Shown here: piece after piece, positions 16,189 through 26,138 of the stretch | Position numbering within the stretch: the stretch's first letter is position 1 | How the letters are laid out: the number at the start of each line of letters is the position of its first letter | Assembly (NCBI GenBank): GCA_040768985.1 | Contig: JAXGLX010000002.1 | Location: 1,856,637-1,920,636, forward strand | Length of the DNA: 64,000 nucleotides | Direction of reading: 5' to 3' | Source: Acidobacteriota bacterium | GTDB taxonomy: Bacteria; Acidobacteriota; JAAYUB01 | Translations under genes and position numbers: made by a program | The notes under the pieces: model-generated | Told to the model about the DNA's origin: nothing | The model's database searches: none | What the model saw: only the letters and a program-made list of their open reading frames with translations

Positions 16189-18057
16189 ATGTCTGAGCGT
16201 CGTTTGAACCGGCGGATTCATTGTCTGGCGGGTGTCCTCGCCGTCGCTGTGGCGCTGGCGGCGGTGGGGCTTTGGATCGCGGCGCCGCGAAGCGCCCACG
16301 CGGCCGAAGCCGCGCCTTCCGTCGGCTTCCGCTTCGAGGGCGCGCAATTCATACTGGACGGCAAGCCGTTCCAGATCCGGGCGGGCGAACTGCACTTCCA
16401 GCGCATCCCCCGGGAGTACTGGCGCGACCGGCTGCTGAAAGCCCGGGCGATGGGCCTCAATACCGTGGGCGCCTATGTCTTCTGGAACGCGCTGGAGCCG
16501 GAGCCGGGCCAGTGGGACTTCACGGGGCCGAACGACGTCGCCGCGTTCGTCCGGGAGGCCGGCGCGGCCGGGTTGCGCGTGCTGCTCCGGCCCGGGCCGT
16601 ACGCATGCGCCGAGTGGGATTTCGGCGGCCTGCCGGCGTGGCTGCTCCGCGTCCCCGACATCCGGGTGCGCTGCTCGGCTCCGCTCTACCTCGAGGCGTG
16701 CGAGCGTTACATCACCCGTCTGGCCGGCGAGGTGCGCGACCTGCAGGCCAGCCGCGGCGGGCCGATTCTCATGGTCCAGCTCGAAAACGAATACGGCTCC
16801 TTCGGCAACGACGCCGCCTACCTGCCGTGGCTACGCGACGCCTGGCGCCGCGCCGGCATCGACGTCCCGTTCTACACCGCCGACGGACCCTGGCCCGCCA
16901 TGCTGGCAGCGGGCACCGTCCCCGGCGCGGCCATCGGACTGGACCCGGCCCACACCGCCGAGCATTTCGCCGCGGCCGAGCGGCTGGGGCGCGGCGTGCC
17001 CGTCTTATGCAGCGAGCTCTACCCCGGCTGGCTCACCCACTGGGGCGAACCGTGGGCCCGCGCGGCCACCGAGAAGATCGCCACCCAGCTCCAGTGGCTG
17101 CTTGAAAACGGCAAGTCGTTCAGTCTCTACATGCTCCATGGCGGCACCAACTTCGGCTTCTGGGCCGGCGCGAACTACTCGGACAAGTACGAGCCCGACG
17201 TCACGAGCTACGACTACGACGCGCCGCTGGACGAGCGGGGCCGGCCCACCCCGAAGTACCACGCCCTGCGCGAGCTGATCCGGAAGCATCTGCCGCCGGG
17301 CGAGACGCTCCCCGAGTTGCCGCCGCCCCTGCCGGCGATCGCGATCCCCGAGCTCCGCCTGGCCGAGGAGGCCTCGCTCTGGACGAACCTGCCGGCGGCG
17401 GAGCGCGCGCTCATGCCGGCGCCCATGGAGTTCTTCTACCAGAACCACGGTTTCATCCTGTACCGGAGCCGGGTGCCGGCGCATGCCAGCGGTCGGCTCA
17501 CTATCACGGAGCTTCACGACTACGCCAATGTCTATCTAGACGGCGCGCTGGCGGCCAGCCTCTTCCGCGGGCTGCACCAGGATTCAATCGATGTCCCCGC
17601 GGTCGATCCGCCCCAGCGGCTGGACATTCTCGTGGAGGGCATGGGCCGGATCAACTACGGGCCGCGCCTCGTCGACCGGAAGGGGATCACCGAGCGGGTG
17701 ACCCTTGGCGGCATGACCGTCATGGATTGGGAAGTCTTCCCCCTCCCCTTCGACGCGGCGTACCTGGCGGCGCTCCGCTTCGGACCGCCTGACCCGGCCG
17801 CCCCGCCGGGCAAATTCTTCCGCGGCGCGTTCAGTTTGGACGCCGTCGGCGACACATATCTCGACATGAGCGGCTGGTCGAAGGGCGTGGTCTGGGTCAA
17901 CGGCCACAACCTGGGCCGGTACTGGAACATCGGCCCCCAGCAGCGGCTGTTCCTGCCGGCGCCGTTCATGAAGCGGGGCGCCAACGAGGTCGTCGTCTTC
18001 GAGTTGCACCGCACCGCCCCCTCGCCTATCCGCGGCATCCCCGACCTCGGGGAGTAG
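16189..18057 (+). CDS. Glycoside hydrolase family 35 beta-galactosidase, secreted
   Basis: 622 aa; signal peptide; MVQLENEYGSFG (the GH35 catalytic ENEYG), GPYACAEWDFGGLPAWL. Confidence 0.9.
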   Translation: MSERRLNRRIHCLAGVLAVAVALAAVGLWIAAPRSAHAAEAAPSVGFRFEGAQFILDGKPFQIRAGELHFQRIPREYWRDRLLKARAMGLNTVGAYVFWNALEPEPGQWDFTGPNDVAAFVREAGAAGLRVLLRPGPYACAEWDFGGLPAWLLRVPDIRVRCSAPLYLEACERYITRLAGEVRDLQASRGGPILMVQLENEYGSFGNDAAYLPWLRDAWRRAGIDVPFYTADGPWPAMLAAGTVPGAAIGLDPAHTAEHFAAAERLGRGVPVLCSELYPGWLTHWGEPWARAATEKIATQLQWLLENGKSFSLYMLHGGTNFGFWAGANYSDKYEPDVTSYDYDAPLDERGRPTPKYHALRELIRKHLPPGETLPELPPPLPAIAIPELRLAEEASLWTNLPAAERALMPAPMEFFYQNHGFILYRSRVPAHASGRLTITELHDYANVYLDGALAASLFRGLHQDSIDVPAVDPPQRLDILVEGMGRINYGPRLVDRKGITERVTLGGMTVMDWEVFPLPFDAAYLAALRFGPPDPAAPPGKFFRGAFSLDAVGDTYLDMSGWSKGVVWVNGHNLGRYWNIGPQQRLFLPAPFMKRGANEVVVFELHRTAPSPIRGIPDLGE

Positions 18058-18464
18058 GCGGCCGATTCACCACCAAGGCACGAAGGGCACAAAGAGATCA
18101 TCACCATTTGTCACTGATCATTTTTCATTGATCAATTGTCATTGGTAATTTTGGATGGTGAATCGGGAGACGTGAGACGGGAGATGTCAGACGGGAAGCA
18201 TCAGACAAACGGGAGGAATCGAACCGCGAAACCCGAACCGCGAGCCCCGATATCCGACGTCCAAAGTCCGATGTCCGGCCAGATCCCGGGTCCCAAATCC
18301 CAGATCCCATCCACAGCATGAACGAACTCTTTTCCAGATAGCCATTAAAATATAAGCAATCAACAATAACCAATAATCCGAAATGCCCAATGAAAAATGT
18401 CAGATGATCAATGACAAATGCATCTCTCTGTGCTCTTCGTGCCTTAGTGGTGAGAAGACCAAAT
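18058..18464. repeat. MITE-like unit: ~85-nt conserved 3'-end element at both ends in inverted orientation, flanking a composite tandem-repeat core
   Basis: 18069-18150 (CACCAAGGCACGAAGGGCACAAAGAGATCATC...GTCACTGATCATTTTTCATTG) versus the reverse complement of 18380-18460, each abutting the stop of one of the convergent genes. The core holds GTGAATCG, GGGAGAC, CGAACCGCGA and TCCGAYG arrays. Confidence 0.8.
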
Positions 18465-18872
18465 TCACTCGCTTGATTTGCGCGTGCGGCCCAGTTCCAT
18501 GGCCCGGACCACGACGAAGGCGATGAGCGCGAAGATGAAAAACACGAGCAGCATCCAGGCCACGCCCTGCATGGCGCCGATCACGGTGCGGTAAACCTCC
18601 AGCACCCAGCGGTCGGTGGTGAGCGCCAGGATCTGCGCATCCTTGCCCGTGCCCATGGGCGAGATGTATTTTTCCAGTTCCCAGATCCGAACGCCGCTGG
18701 AGATGCCGATCACCAGGATGGCGAAATCGAGGTAGCGCTTCCAGGCCACGCTGATCTCGTCGGCCATGATCCGCTGGAGGATGCTGCCGATGGGGCGCTT
18801 GAACACCACCACGAGAACCCCTGAGACCACCAGTGAGATCACAAACGTCACTGCGAGCAGGGTGAGAAACAT
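18465..18872 (-). CDS. Small integral membrane protein (3 predicted TM), unknown function
   Basis: 135 aa, strongly hydrophobic segments; preferred over the overlapping 18400..18930 frame. Confidence 0.5.
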   Translation of the reverse strand: MFLTLLAVTFVISLVVSGVLVVVFKRPIGSILQRIMADEISVAWKRYLDFAILVIGISSGVRIWELEKYISPMGTGKDAQILALTTDRWVLEVYRTVIGAMQGVAWMLLVFFIFALIAFVVVRAMELGRTRKSSE

Positions 18873-19064
18873 GGGACACCTCCCGGAATCGTCGTTCCGC
18901 CGCCGGACACCCGCGACGGGCTGTCGGCATCGGTCACGCGGGTAATTTCAAATTCGGTGCCAGGACGGGAGTTTCACCCAAATCCCCATAAAACAAGGCA
19001 ATGAACGCGGCATCCGTACGGGTGCGGTGTCCGAACGCGTCGATAAGATCACATTAAATGAACG

Positions 19065-19090
19065 TTTGTATACAAAATATGTATATTAAA
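19065..19090. promoter_or_regulatory. AT-rich palindrome TTTGTATACAAA + ATATGTATATTAAA between mrpG stop and the downstream membrane-protein gene; candidate operator/promoter
   Basis: Perfect 12-bp palindrome inside a locally AT-rich patch of a 70% GC genome. Confidence 0.3.
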
Positions 19091-19129
19091 TCCCCGCCCT
19101 GTGCGGCGCTTGTCATAGATGCCGGGATT

Positions 19130-19498
19130 TCATTCGCGCGGGTCTGTGACGCTCTCGTCGTCTCCATCCCGCCGCCGGCATTCGGGCGCGTCTTCGCCGA
19201 AGCGCGTCCCGGGCGCCGGTGGAACCCCCGTGCGGAGCGCCGCCCGGGCCAGCAGGTAGGCAGCGACGGGGTTGGAGAGCAGCAGAAAGACGATCACCGC
19301 TGCGGCCTTCAGCGCCACTTCCGCCGTTCCGAAATGCATGGCGACGCCGAGCAGGATGAGGCCGAGTCCGAGCGAAGCGGCCTTTGAGACGGCATGCATC
19401 CGGTTGTACAGGTCGGGCAGCCGGACCAATCCCAGCGCCGCCAGGAACAGGAAGGCGGCCCCCGCCGCCAGCAGCGCCGCGGCCGTCAGCCCGATCAT
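19130..19498 (-). CDS. mrpG: Na+/H+ antiporter subunit G
   Basis: LPDLYNRMHAVSKAASLGLGLILLG matches the MnhG/MrpG signature. Confidence 0.85.
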   Translation of the reverse strand: MIGLTAAALLAAGAAFLFLAALGLVRLPDLYNRMHAVSKAASLGLGLILLGVAMHFGTAEVALKAAAVIVFLLLSNPVAAYLLARAALRTGVPPAPGTRFGEDAPECRRRDGDDESVTDPRE

Positions 19499-19767
19499 GG
19501 CCGCCCCCCATGCTCCACGTAGCGGGCCGCGGCGACGGTGCCCAGGAACACGAACAGGGCGAGCACCAGCAGGACGTCCAGCAGCACGTCCTCGCCTGAG
19601 GTCACGGCGAACACCCCCGCCAGTCCCGCCACGATCAGCCCGATCAGGTCCAAGGCCACCGCCCGGTCCGGCAGCGACGGCCCACGCAGCAGGCGGAACA
19701 GCGCCAGGATCAGGGACCCCGCCAGGAGGGCCAGGGCCGCCGACACGAGTGCCGCCGCCGGGCTCAT
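19495..19767 (-). CDS. mrpF: Na+/H+ antiporter subunit F
   Basis: Internal ATG at 19767 within ORF 19495..20094; [43 protein letters not shown]; ATGA overlap with mrpG. Confidence 0.8.
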   Translation of the reverse strand: MSPAAALVSAALALLAGSLILALFRLLRGPSLPDRAVALDLIGLIVAGLAGVFAVTSGEDVLLDVLLVLALFVFLGTVAAARYVEHGGRP

Positions 19768-20099
19768 CGCAGCACCTCCAGCACCCGTCGCTCCAGGTTC
19801 CGCCGGATGGAGCGGGCCAGCGCGTCCGCGTCCGCCGCGTACATGGTGTGCACGCACAGCTGCCGGTTGTCGGGCGACAGCTGGACGCTGAACGTGCCCG
19901 GCGTGAACGAGATGAGGTTGGTCACCAGCAGGATCTCCAGGTCGGTCCGCGCCTCCAGGGGCACCATGATGAAACCGGGCGATATCCGCGGCCGCGGCCG
20001 CACGATGTCCGCCGCCACCCGCAGGCTGGACGCGACCACCTCCCAGAGATAGAATCCGATGAATACCGCCGCGAACCAGAGTTTGCGCACCCACCGCAT
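19764..20099 (-). CDS. mrpE: Na+/H+ antiporter subunit E
   Basis: MnhE-like ...LISFTPGTFSVQLSPDNRQLCVHTMYA...; ATG at 20099 just after the mrpD stop. An alternative upstream start at 20138 would overlap mrpD by 35 nt. Confidence 0.75.
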   Translation of the reverse strand: MRWVRKLWFAAVFIGFYLWEVVASSLRVAADIVRPRPRISPGFIMVPLEARTDLEILLVTNLISFTPGTFSVQLSPDNRQLCVHTMYAADADALARSIRRNLERRVLEVLR

Positions 20100-20103
20100 C
20101 GGC

Positions 20104-21594
20104 TCACTCTCCCAGCACGGCCCGGATGTACCCCGCACGGTCCATGAGCTGGTCGCCGGCCCGTTGGGCCAGCTCCAGCAGCGGCTCGGGATACAGGCCG
20201 ACGGCCACCGTGATTGCCGTCAACACCAGCACCGGCACCCACACCGGCGCCCCCAGCGGCCGGACGGCCGGCCCTGCGCCGGCGGCCGCCCCGTCCGGCG
20301 ATTCCTTCCAGAAGGCCTCGAGCCAGATCTTGACCATGGAGAAGAGGGTCAGCAGGCCCACGCCCAGCGCCACGGCTCCGGCCAGCCAGTGGCCGGCCAG
20401 AAAGCAGGCCCGGATCACCACGAACTTGGCGACGAACCCCGACAGCGGCGGCAACCCCGCCAGCGACAGGGCCGACACCAGGAACAGCCCCGACAGGCCG
20501 GGATGCTCCCGCCACAGTCCGCCGAGGCGGGCCAGTTCCTCGGTGCCCCGCAGTCGCTTCACCGCGCCGACCACTAGGAACAGGTTGGTCTTGACCACCA
20601 TGTTGTGCACCATGTAGACCATGACGGCCGCCAGGGCGGCCGGCGTCCACACGCCCAGCCCCAACGTCATGTACCCGATCTGGCTGACGATGTGCACCGC
20701 CAGGATCCGCCGCAGGCCGCCTTGGGCGGCCGCTCCCAGCACGCCCGTGATCATGGTGGCCACCGACAGCACCAGGATGAGCGCGTGGGTTCGGCCCACG
20801 TCCTGGACGAACACCAGGGTGAAGAGCCGGATCAGGGCGTAGACGCCTACCTTGGTGAGCACGCCGGCGAACAGGGCCGAGACCGCCACCGGCGGGGTGG
20901 GATAGGCCGCCGGCAGCCAGTTGAAAAACGGAAAGAGGGCCGCCTTGATCCCGAACGCCGCCAGCAGCAGCGACGCCGACGTCAGCACGACGCCGGTCGC
21001 CGGGTCAGCCGGGATCTTCCGGGCCAGGTCGGCCAGGTTCAGCGTGCCCGTTTTGCCGTACAGCAGTCCGCAGGCCGTCAGGAACATGGCCGAGGCCAGA
21101 AAGTTGATGGCCACGTACTTCACCGCGCCCGCCAGCTGGGCCGGCCGCCGCCCCACCGTCAGCAGGACGAAGGAGGCGATGAGCAGCACCTCAAACCACA
21201 CGTACAGGTTGAACAAGTCGCCCGCCAGGAAGGCGCCCCCGGCGCCCATGAGCAGGACCTGCGCCAGGGGCGGAAAGACAGCGTCCGCCATCAGGTCGTC
21301 CGTGCCCAGCGCGTAGACGCCCACCAGCAGGCCGAGCAGGCCCGTCACCGCGACCATGATGGCCGCGAACAGGTCAGCCACCAGGGCGATGCCGTACGGC
21401 GCCGGCCAGCCGCCCACCGCCAGGACCAGGTGCCCGCCGCCGGCGCAGGCCGCCACCAGCACCAGGCCCGAGCCGCAATGGGCGGCCGCCCCCGCCAGCG
21501 CCAGGATGCCGCGCCACCGCCGGCCGCGGACCAGCACGAGCAGGGCCGCCGCGGCCAGGGGTATGAGGATCGGCGCCGCCAGCCACCCGCTCAC
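20104..21594 (-). CDS. mrpD: Na+/H+ antiporter subunit D (NuoN/NuoM-like)
   Basis: GTG at 21594 overlapping the mrpC stop (GTGA); N-terminus VSGWLAAPILIPLAAAALLVL. The longer ORF upstream of this start is low-complexity, non-membrane sequence. Confidence 0.8.
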   Translation of the reverse strand: MSGWLAAPILIPLAAAALLVLVRGRRWRGILALAGAAAHCGSGLVLVAACAGGGHLVLAVGGWPAPYGIALVADLFAAIMVAVTGLLGLLVGVYALGTDDLMADAVFPPLAQVLLMGAGGAFLAGDLFNLYVWFEVLLIASFVLLTVGRRPAQLAGAVKYVAINFLASAMFLTACGLLYGKTGTLNLADLARKIPADPATGVVLTSASLLLAAFGIKAALFPFFNWLPAAYPTPPVAVSALFAGVLTKVGVYALIRLFTLVFVQDVGRTHALILVLSVATMITGVLGAAAQGGLRRILAVHIVSQIGYMTLGLGVWTPAALAAVMVYMVHNMVVKTNLFLVVGAVKRLRGTEELARLGGLWREHPGLSGLFLVSALSLAGLPPLSGFVAKFVVIRACFLAGHWLAGAVALGVGLLTLFSMVKIWLEAFWKESPDGAAAGAGPAVRPLGAPVWVPVLVLTAITVAVGLYPEPLLELAQRAGDQLMDRAGYIRAVLGE

Positions 21595-21938
21595 GGTCCC
21601 TCCTCCTCGAGCCGGTCGAGGTCCTCCACGCCGGTGGCGTGGTGCATCCGCCAGAGCAGAACCAGGGCGAAGGCGGTGATGCCGAACCCGATGACGATGG
21701 CCGTCAGGACCAGCGCCTGGGGCAGCGGATCCGGATGGGGCGGCGCCAGGGCGGCGGCGCCCTCGGCCACGATGGGCACGCCCCGGGCCGACAGGCCGGC
21801 CGCGGTGAAGATCAGCAGGTTGATGGCGTTGCCCAGCAGGGCGATGCCCAGCACCAGCCGCACCGGGCTCCGGCGGAGGAGCAGGTAGACGGCCACGCCC
21901 GTCAACGCCCCGATGATCACGGCCATCACCAGTTCCAT
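21591..21938 (-). CDS. mrpC: Na+/H+ antiporter subunit C (NuoK-like)
   Basis: 115 aa; MELVMAVIIGALTGVAVYLLLRRSPVRLVLGIALLGNAINLLIFT. Confidence 0.9.
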   Translation of the reverse strand: MELVMAVIIGALTGVAVYLLLRRSPVRLVLGIALLGNAINLLIFTAAGLSARGVPIVAEGAAALAPPHPDPLPQALVLTAIVIGFGITAFALVLLWRMHHATGVEDLDRLEEEGP

Positions 21939-21941
21939 CGC

Positions 21942-22346
21942 TCACTCCTCCATCAGGGCGAACACGATGCTCACGCCCACGCCCAGCACCACCAGGAACA
22001 CGCCCGCATCGAAGATCAGCGGCGTACCCAGGCGGACCCCGCCGGCCCACTCGCCGCTCCACAGCCCGCTCAGGTACGGGCGCCCCAGGACGAGCGCCGG
22101 CAACCCGCTCCCCAGCGCCAGGAGCAGCCCGACTCCCGTCAGCGTGCCGGGGGCGACGCGCAGCCAGCGTTGCGCCGCGGCGACGCCCTCGGCCAGAGCC
22201 AGCAGGGTGAAGGCCCCCGCGGCCACGAGTCCGGCGATGAAACCGCCGCCGGGATCGTTGTGGCCGCGCACCAGCAATCCCAGCGCCCCCGCCAGTTGCA
22301 GGGGCACCAGGATGCGCGCCGCGCCCCGCAGGATCACCGAATTCAT
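21942..22346 (-). CDS. mrpB: Na+/H+ antiporter subunit B
   Basis: C-terminal 134 codons of ORF 21942..24599: [40 protein letters not shown] (MnhB signature); ATGA overlap with mrpA. Confidence 0.8.
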   Translation of the reverse strand: MNSVILRGAARILVPLQLAGALGLLVRGHNDPGGGFIAGLVAAGAFTLLALAEGVAAAQRWLRVAPGTLTGVGLLLALGSGLPALVLGRPYLSGLWSGEWAGGVRLGTPLIFDAGVFLVVLGVGVSIVFALMEE

Positions 22347-24661
22347 GGCGGTCCCTCCTGCGGCGGCCGGCGGCGCTGCAGCAGGTACACCGCCCCGAGG
22401 GCCGCGACCGCCAGCACGGTGATCTCGCCCAGGGTGTCCAGGGCGCGGAAATCCACCAGGATCACGTTCACCACGTTCCGGCCGAACGCGAGGGGCACGC
22501 TGGACCGGGCGTAGAATTCGGAAATAGCGGGCCCCAGCTGGACCTGGAGGGCCTGCCACACCAGGCCGGTCATGGTGATGCCCACGGCCGCGGCGATGCA
22601 CCCGTCGCGCAACCGCTGGCGGCTCGCCGAGAACTCCCGCAACCGCGGCAACCGCCGCAGCACCAGCACGAACAGGATCATGGTCAGCGTCTCCACGAGC
22701 AGTTGGGTGATGGCCAGGTCCGGCGCCCCGTACACCATGTAGAGCAAACTCACGCCGAAGCCGACGCCGCCCAGCGCCAACACCGCCCCCAGGCGCGAGG
22801 CGGCGCGCACCGCCGCCAGGGCCGCCGCCACCACCAGCATGCCCACCACCACCGCCACCGGCGACACGGGGGCGAGCCGGTCCGGACGCGTCCACTGGAT
22901 GTAGCCCCAGGCGCCCCAGGCGGTCGCGGCCACGGCGCCGGCGAGAACGGTGAAGATGTAGCCCCGCAACCGGCCGTGCTGCAGGATCCGGGTCTGGTCC
23001 TTGGCCAGGTCCATCAGCCCCTCCAGCAACTGGCCGTAGATCCGGCTGGGCGTGAACGGCACCGTCAGGGCCAGTCGCTCGCCCAGCCGGCGGACGCGCT
23101 TCCGCATCGCGAACAGGCCGGCACCTACGGCCATCGTGGCCAGGCTCAGCAGCAGCACGGCATTGACGCCGTGCCACAACTTGAGTTCGATTTGCGTCGC
23201 CTGCGCGTGAACGGCGGCCGCGGCCGGCGCGATGACCGGACCGGCCAGCATGCCGGGCATCAGTCCAAACACCAGGCCCAGGACCGCCAACAGGACCGGC
23301 CCGGTCAGAAGCGCCGGCGGGGCTTCGTGCACGGGTGCCCGTGGACGCTTCGGCCGGCCCAGGAACGGCCGGATCCCTACCGTCAGGGCCACCGCAACGT
23401 TGAGCGCGTTGGCCAGCACGCCGGCTCCGAGGATCAACCAGCCGACGCCGGGCGCCTGAAGTTTCGCCTCGTAGAGCAACTCCTTGCCGATATAGCCCAG
23501 CAGCGGCGGGAACCCCGACATCGACAGGGCGGCCAGGCCGGCGGCGACCGCGGTCACGGGCATGCACCGGAACAGACCACCCAGATCCTGGACATTGCGC
23601 GTGCCGGTCTCGTGGTCCACGGCTCCGGCCACCATGAACAGCGCCCCCTTGTACAGCGAGTGCACCAGCAGGATGACCAGAGCAGCTTCCACCGCCATTG
23701 TCGTGTCCAGCCCCAGCAGCAGGACCAGCAGGCCCAGCATGCTCACCGTGGAATAAGCCAGCAGGCGCTTGAGATCGGTCTGGCCCAGCGCCATGAGCGC
23801 GCCCAGCAGCATGGTGGTCACGCCCAGCAGGGTGAGCAGGTAGTGCCATTCCGCGGTGCCGCCCAGGACCGGCGCCAGCCGGGCGAGCAGAAACACACCG
23901 GCCTTGACCATGGTGGCCGAGTGCAGGTAGGCGCTTACCGGCGTGGGCGCCGCCATGGCGCCGGGCAGCCAGAAGTGGAACGGCGCCTGGGCCGACTTCG
24001 TCGCCGCGCCCAGTACCACCAGGATGAGGATCGCCCCGTAGTGGCCGTGCGACCGGATCGATGCCGCCGCGCCGGCGAGCTGGACTATCTCGAAGCTGCC
24101 CCCCGCCAGGCCCAGCAACAGCGAACCGGCCAGCAGCGCCAGTCCGCCGCCGCCGGTCACCAGCAACGCCTGCCGGGCGGCGCTCCGGGTCCCGGCGTCG
24201 GCGTGGTGGAACCCGATGAGCAGGAACGACGCGATGCTGGTGAGTTCCCAGAACACGAACAGCGAGATCAAATCCCCCGCCGTCGACACGCCCAGCATGG
24301 CGCCCATGAAGAGTAGTGTCTGCGCGTAGAAGCGGCCCAACCGCGCATCGCCTTTCAGGTACCCGCCGCCGTAAACCAGCACCAGTGCTCCGATGCCGGC
24401 CACCAGCAGGATCATCAGCAGGCTCAGGCCGTCCACGTACAGGCCCACCCGCAGGCCCAGCGTCGGGGCCCAGTCCCAGCCCGCCGCCTCTGCCGGACAG
24501 CCGGGCCGGACCAGCCGGCCGACGGCCGCCGCGACGACAAGCAGCGGCCAGGCCGCCAACAGCCAACCGGCGCGCGCGCCGGCGCGCCGGTACAGCCACG
24601 GCGCCACCGCTGCCGCCCCGAAAGTGCCCAAGATGAGCCAGGCGAACAACACCGGATGCAA
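22343..24661 (-). CDS. mrpA: Na+/H+ antiporter subunit A (NuoL-like, with MrpB-like C-terminal domain)
   Basis: 772 aa; ...[17 protein letters not shown]..., [32 protein letters not shown]. The start at 24661 is TTG; a GTG lies 3 codons downstream. Confidence 0.85.
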   Translation of the reverse strand: MHPVLFAWLILGTFGAAAVAPWLYRRAGARAGWLLAAWPLLVVAAAVGRLVRPGCPAEAAGWDWAPTLGLRVGLYVDGLSLLMILLVAGIGALVLVYGGGYLKGDARLGRFYAQTLLFMGAMLGVSTAGDLISLFVFWELTSIASFLLIGFHHADAGTRSAARQALLVTGGGGLALLAGSLLLGLAGGSFEIVQLAGAAASIRSHGHYGAILILVVLGAATKSAQAPFHFWLPGAMAAPTPVSAYLHSATMVKAGVFLLARLAPVLGGTAEWHYLLTLLGVTTMLLGALMALGQTDLKRLLAYSTVSMLGLLVLLLGLDTTMAVEAALVILLVHSLYKGALFMVAGAVDHETGTRNVQDLGGLFRCMPVTAVAAGLAALSMSGFPPLLGYIGKELLYEAKLQAPGVGWLILGAGVLANALNVAVALTVGIRPFLGRPKRPRAPVHEAPPALLTGPVLLAVLGLVFGLMPGMLAGPVIAPAAAAVHAQATQIELKLWHGVNAVLLLSLATMAVGAGLFAMRKRVRRLGERLALTVPFTPSRIYGQLLEGLMDLAKDQTRILQHGRLRGYIFTVLAGAVAATAWGAWGYIQWTRPDRLAPVSPVAVVVGMLVVAAALAAVRAASRLGAVLALGGVGFGVSLLYMVYGAPDLAITQLLVETLTMILFVLVLRRLPRLREFSASRQRLRDGCIAAAVGITMTGLVWQALQVQLGPAISEFYARSSVPLAFGRNVVNVILVDFRALDTLGEITVLAVAALGAVYLLQRRRPPQEGPP

Positions 24662-25029
24662 CCCGTGCAGTGATGGTATCGGCGGAAGACGGATGGTCGC
24701 CGGACCGGCCGCTCCCGCATTCCGCGCCGATGGCCGCGGGACCCGCGGCGCACGGAGCGGATTATATCATCAAAGTTCCGGCGCAGACACTGAGGGAGAG
24801 GTCAGGAGGGCGGGCGCGTGTCGCGGATGCGAACCGGGGGTCCGTCGCGGTGGGGGGCTCGATCCGCCGCCTGTGGAATGACCGCACCGTTCCGCCCGGT
24901 TGATCGTGCGCCCTGAGCCCAGCCATCGACGTGGACAGTCGCAGAAATTCTCGCTCTGCCATTTAACATGCAACAAAAGGGCCTGGCGTTACGTCATATC
25001 ACCGAACATAATCTTTCGGGGGAATACTC

Positions 25030-26001
25030 ATGCATCCATTCGTTCTGACCGTCCGCCGCACGGCGCTGGCTCTGCTGGCAGCCCTGCTCGTCCTGTCCAC
25101 CGGTTCGCTCCTGGCCGAGGATCCCAAGCCCGCACCGGACATCCCGGCGCTCGCCGCCAGGCACCAGGCGGCCATGGCCGCCGGCGACTGGGCGGCCGCC
25201 GCCAAGGCGGGCGAGGAACTCATCAACGCCGTCGCCCCGCTGCACTATGACACCGCCTACGCCGTCGCCGCCTGCTTCTGCCAGATGGGCCGGATCGAAC
25301 TCGCCTACCAGTGGCTCGAGGAGGCCAAAGGGGCCGGCTACTGGGACGTCTGGTCCATGCGCACGGACACGCGGTTCCAGTCCATCCTCCACGAGGAGCG
25401 GTTCAAGACCATCGCCCGCCAGATGCGCGCCCGCACTTACATTCAGATGCTGGAGCGCCCCGAGCGCGAAGCGTTCCAGAAACCCGACCAGGTCATGGCC
25501 GCGCTGGAGTTCAAGCCGGGGGAGCGGGTGGCCGACGTGGGCGCCGGTTCGGGCTACTTCACGGTCCGGGTGGCCGCGGCCGTGGGCGCCGGCGCCACCG
25601 TCTGGGCGGTGGACATCTCCGAGGAGATGCTCGCTTTCCTGGCCGACCGCATCAAGTGGGAACGCATTCCCAACGTGAAGCTCCACCGGTCGATCCCCAC
25701 CGATCCGCAGCTGCCACCCGCCGCCTTCGACACCATCCTGATGGTGGACACCCTCCATTACGTCAAGGACAAGGCCGCCTACGCCGCCAGACTCCGCGCC
25801 GGCCTCGCCCCGGGCGGGCGCGTGGTCATCATCGACTACACGCCCAAATCCATGGAGGAGCGGCCGTGGGGTCCGCCGCCCGAGCAGCAGTTCTCGCGGC
25901 AGGAACTGGACGCCGCGATGGCCGCCGCGGGCCTGGTGCCGGTCAAGGCGCACGAGTTCCTCACCGAGCAGTACTTCGTCGAGTACGCCGTGAAACCGTG
26001 A
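25030..26001 (+). CDS. Secreted class I SAM-dependent methyltransferase with N-terminal helical (TPR-like) domain
   Basis: Signal peptide; VADVGAGSGYFTVRVA (motif I), AVDISEEML, VVIIDY. Confidence 0.8.
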   Translation: MHPFVLTVRRTALALLAALLVLSTGSLLAEDPKPAPDIPALAARHQAAMAAGDWAAAAKAGEELINAVAPLHYDTAYAVAACFCQMGRIELAYQWLEEAKGAGYWDVWSMRTDTRFQSILHEERFKTIARQMRARTYIQMLERPEREAFQKPDQVMAALEFKPGERVADVGAGSGYFTVRVAAAVGAGATVWAVDISEEMLAFLADRIKWERIPNVKLHRSIPTDPQLPPAAFDTILMVDTLHYVKDKAAYAARLRAGLAPGGRVVIIDYTPKSMEERPWGPPPEQQFSRQELDAAMAAAGLVPVKAHEFLTEQYFVEYAVKP

Positions 26002-26138
26002 CGGCGGCCGGGAATGAGCGGGGTTGATCCGCCGCTCAACCGGCGCCCAAGCCGGCGGACAATTCACACAGATTATTCCGGCTTTTGAAGCCCTGGCGGC
26101 GCTTGTCATGACGCGCGCCGGCCCCCGGTACGATTCCC

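Noticed and set aside
16021-16395. 124-aa minus ORF overlapping the GH35 start
   Set aside because: No motif or RBS; it overlaps the strongly supported GH35 signal-peptide region.
20104-22062. The full 652-aa extent of the mrpD ORF and the 885-aa mrpB-containing ORF
   Set aside because: Their N-terminal 150-750 residues are non-membrane, Gly/Arg/Pro-rich and overlap neighbouring mrp genes. Conserved Mrp N-termini begin at the internal GTG (21594) and ATG (22346).
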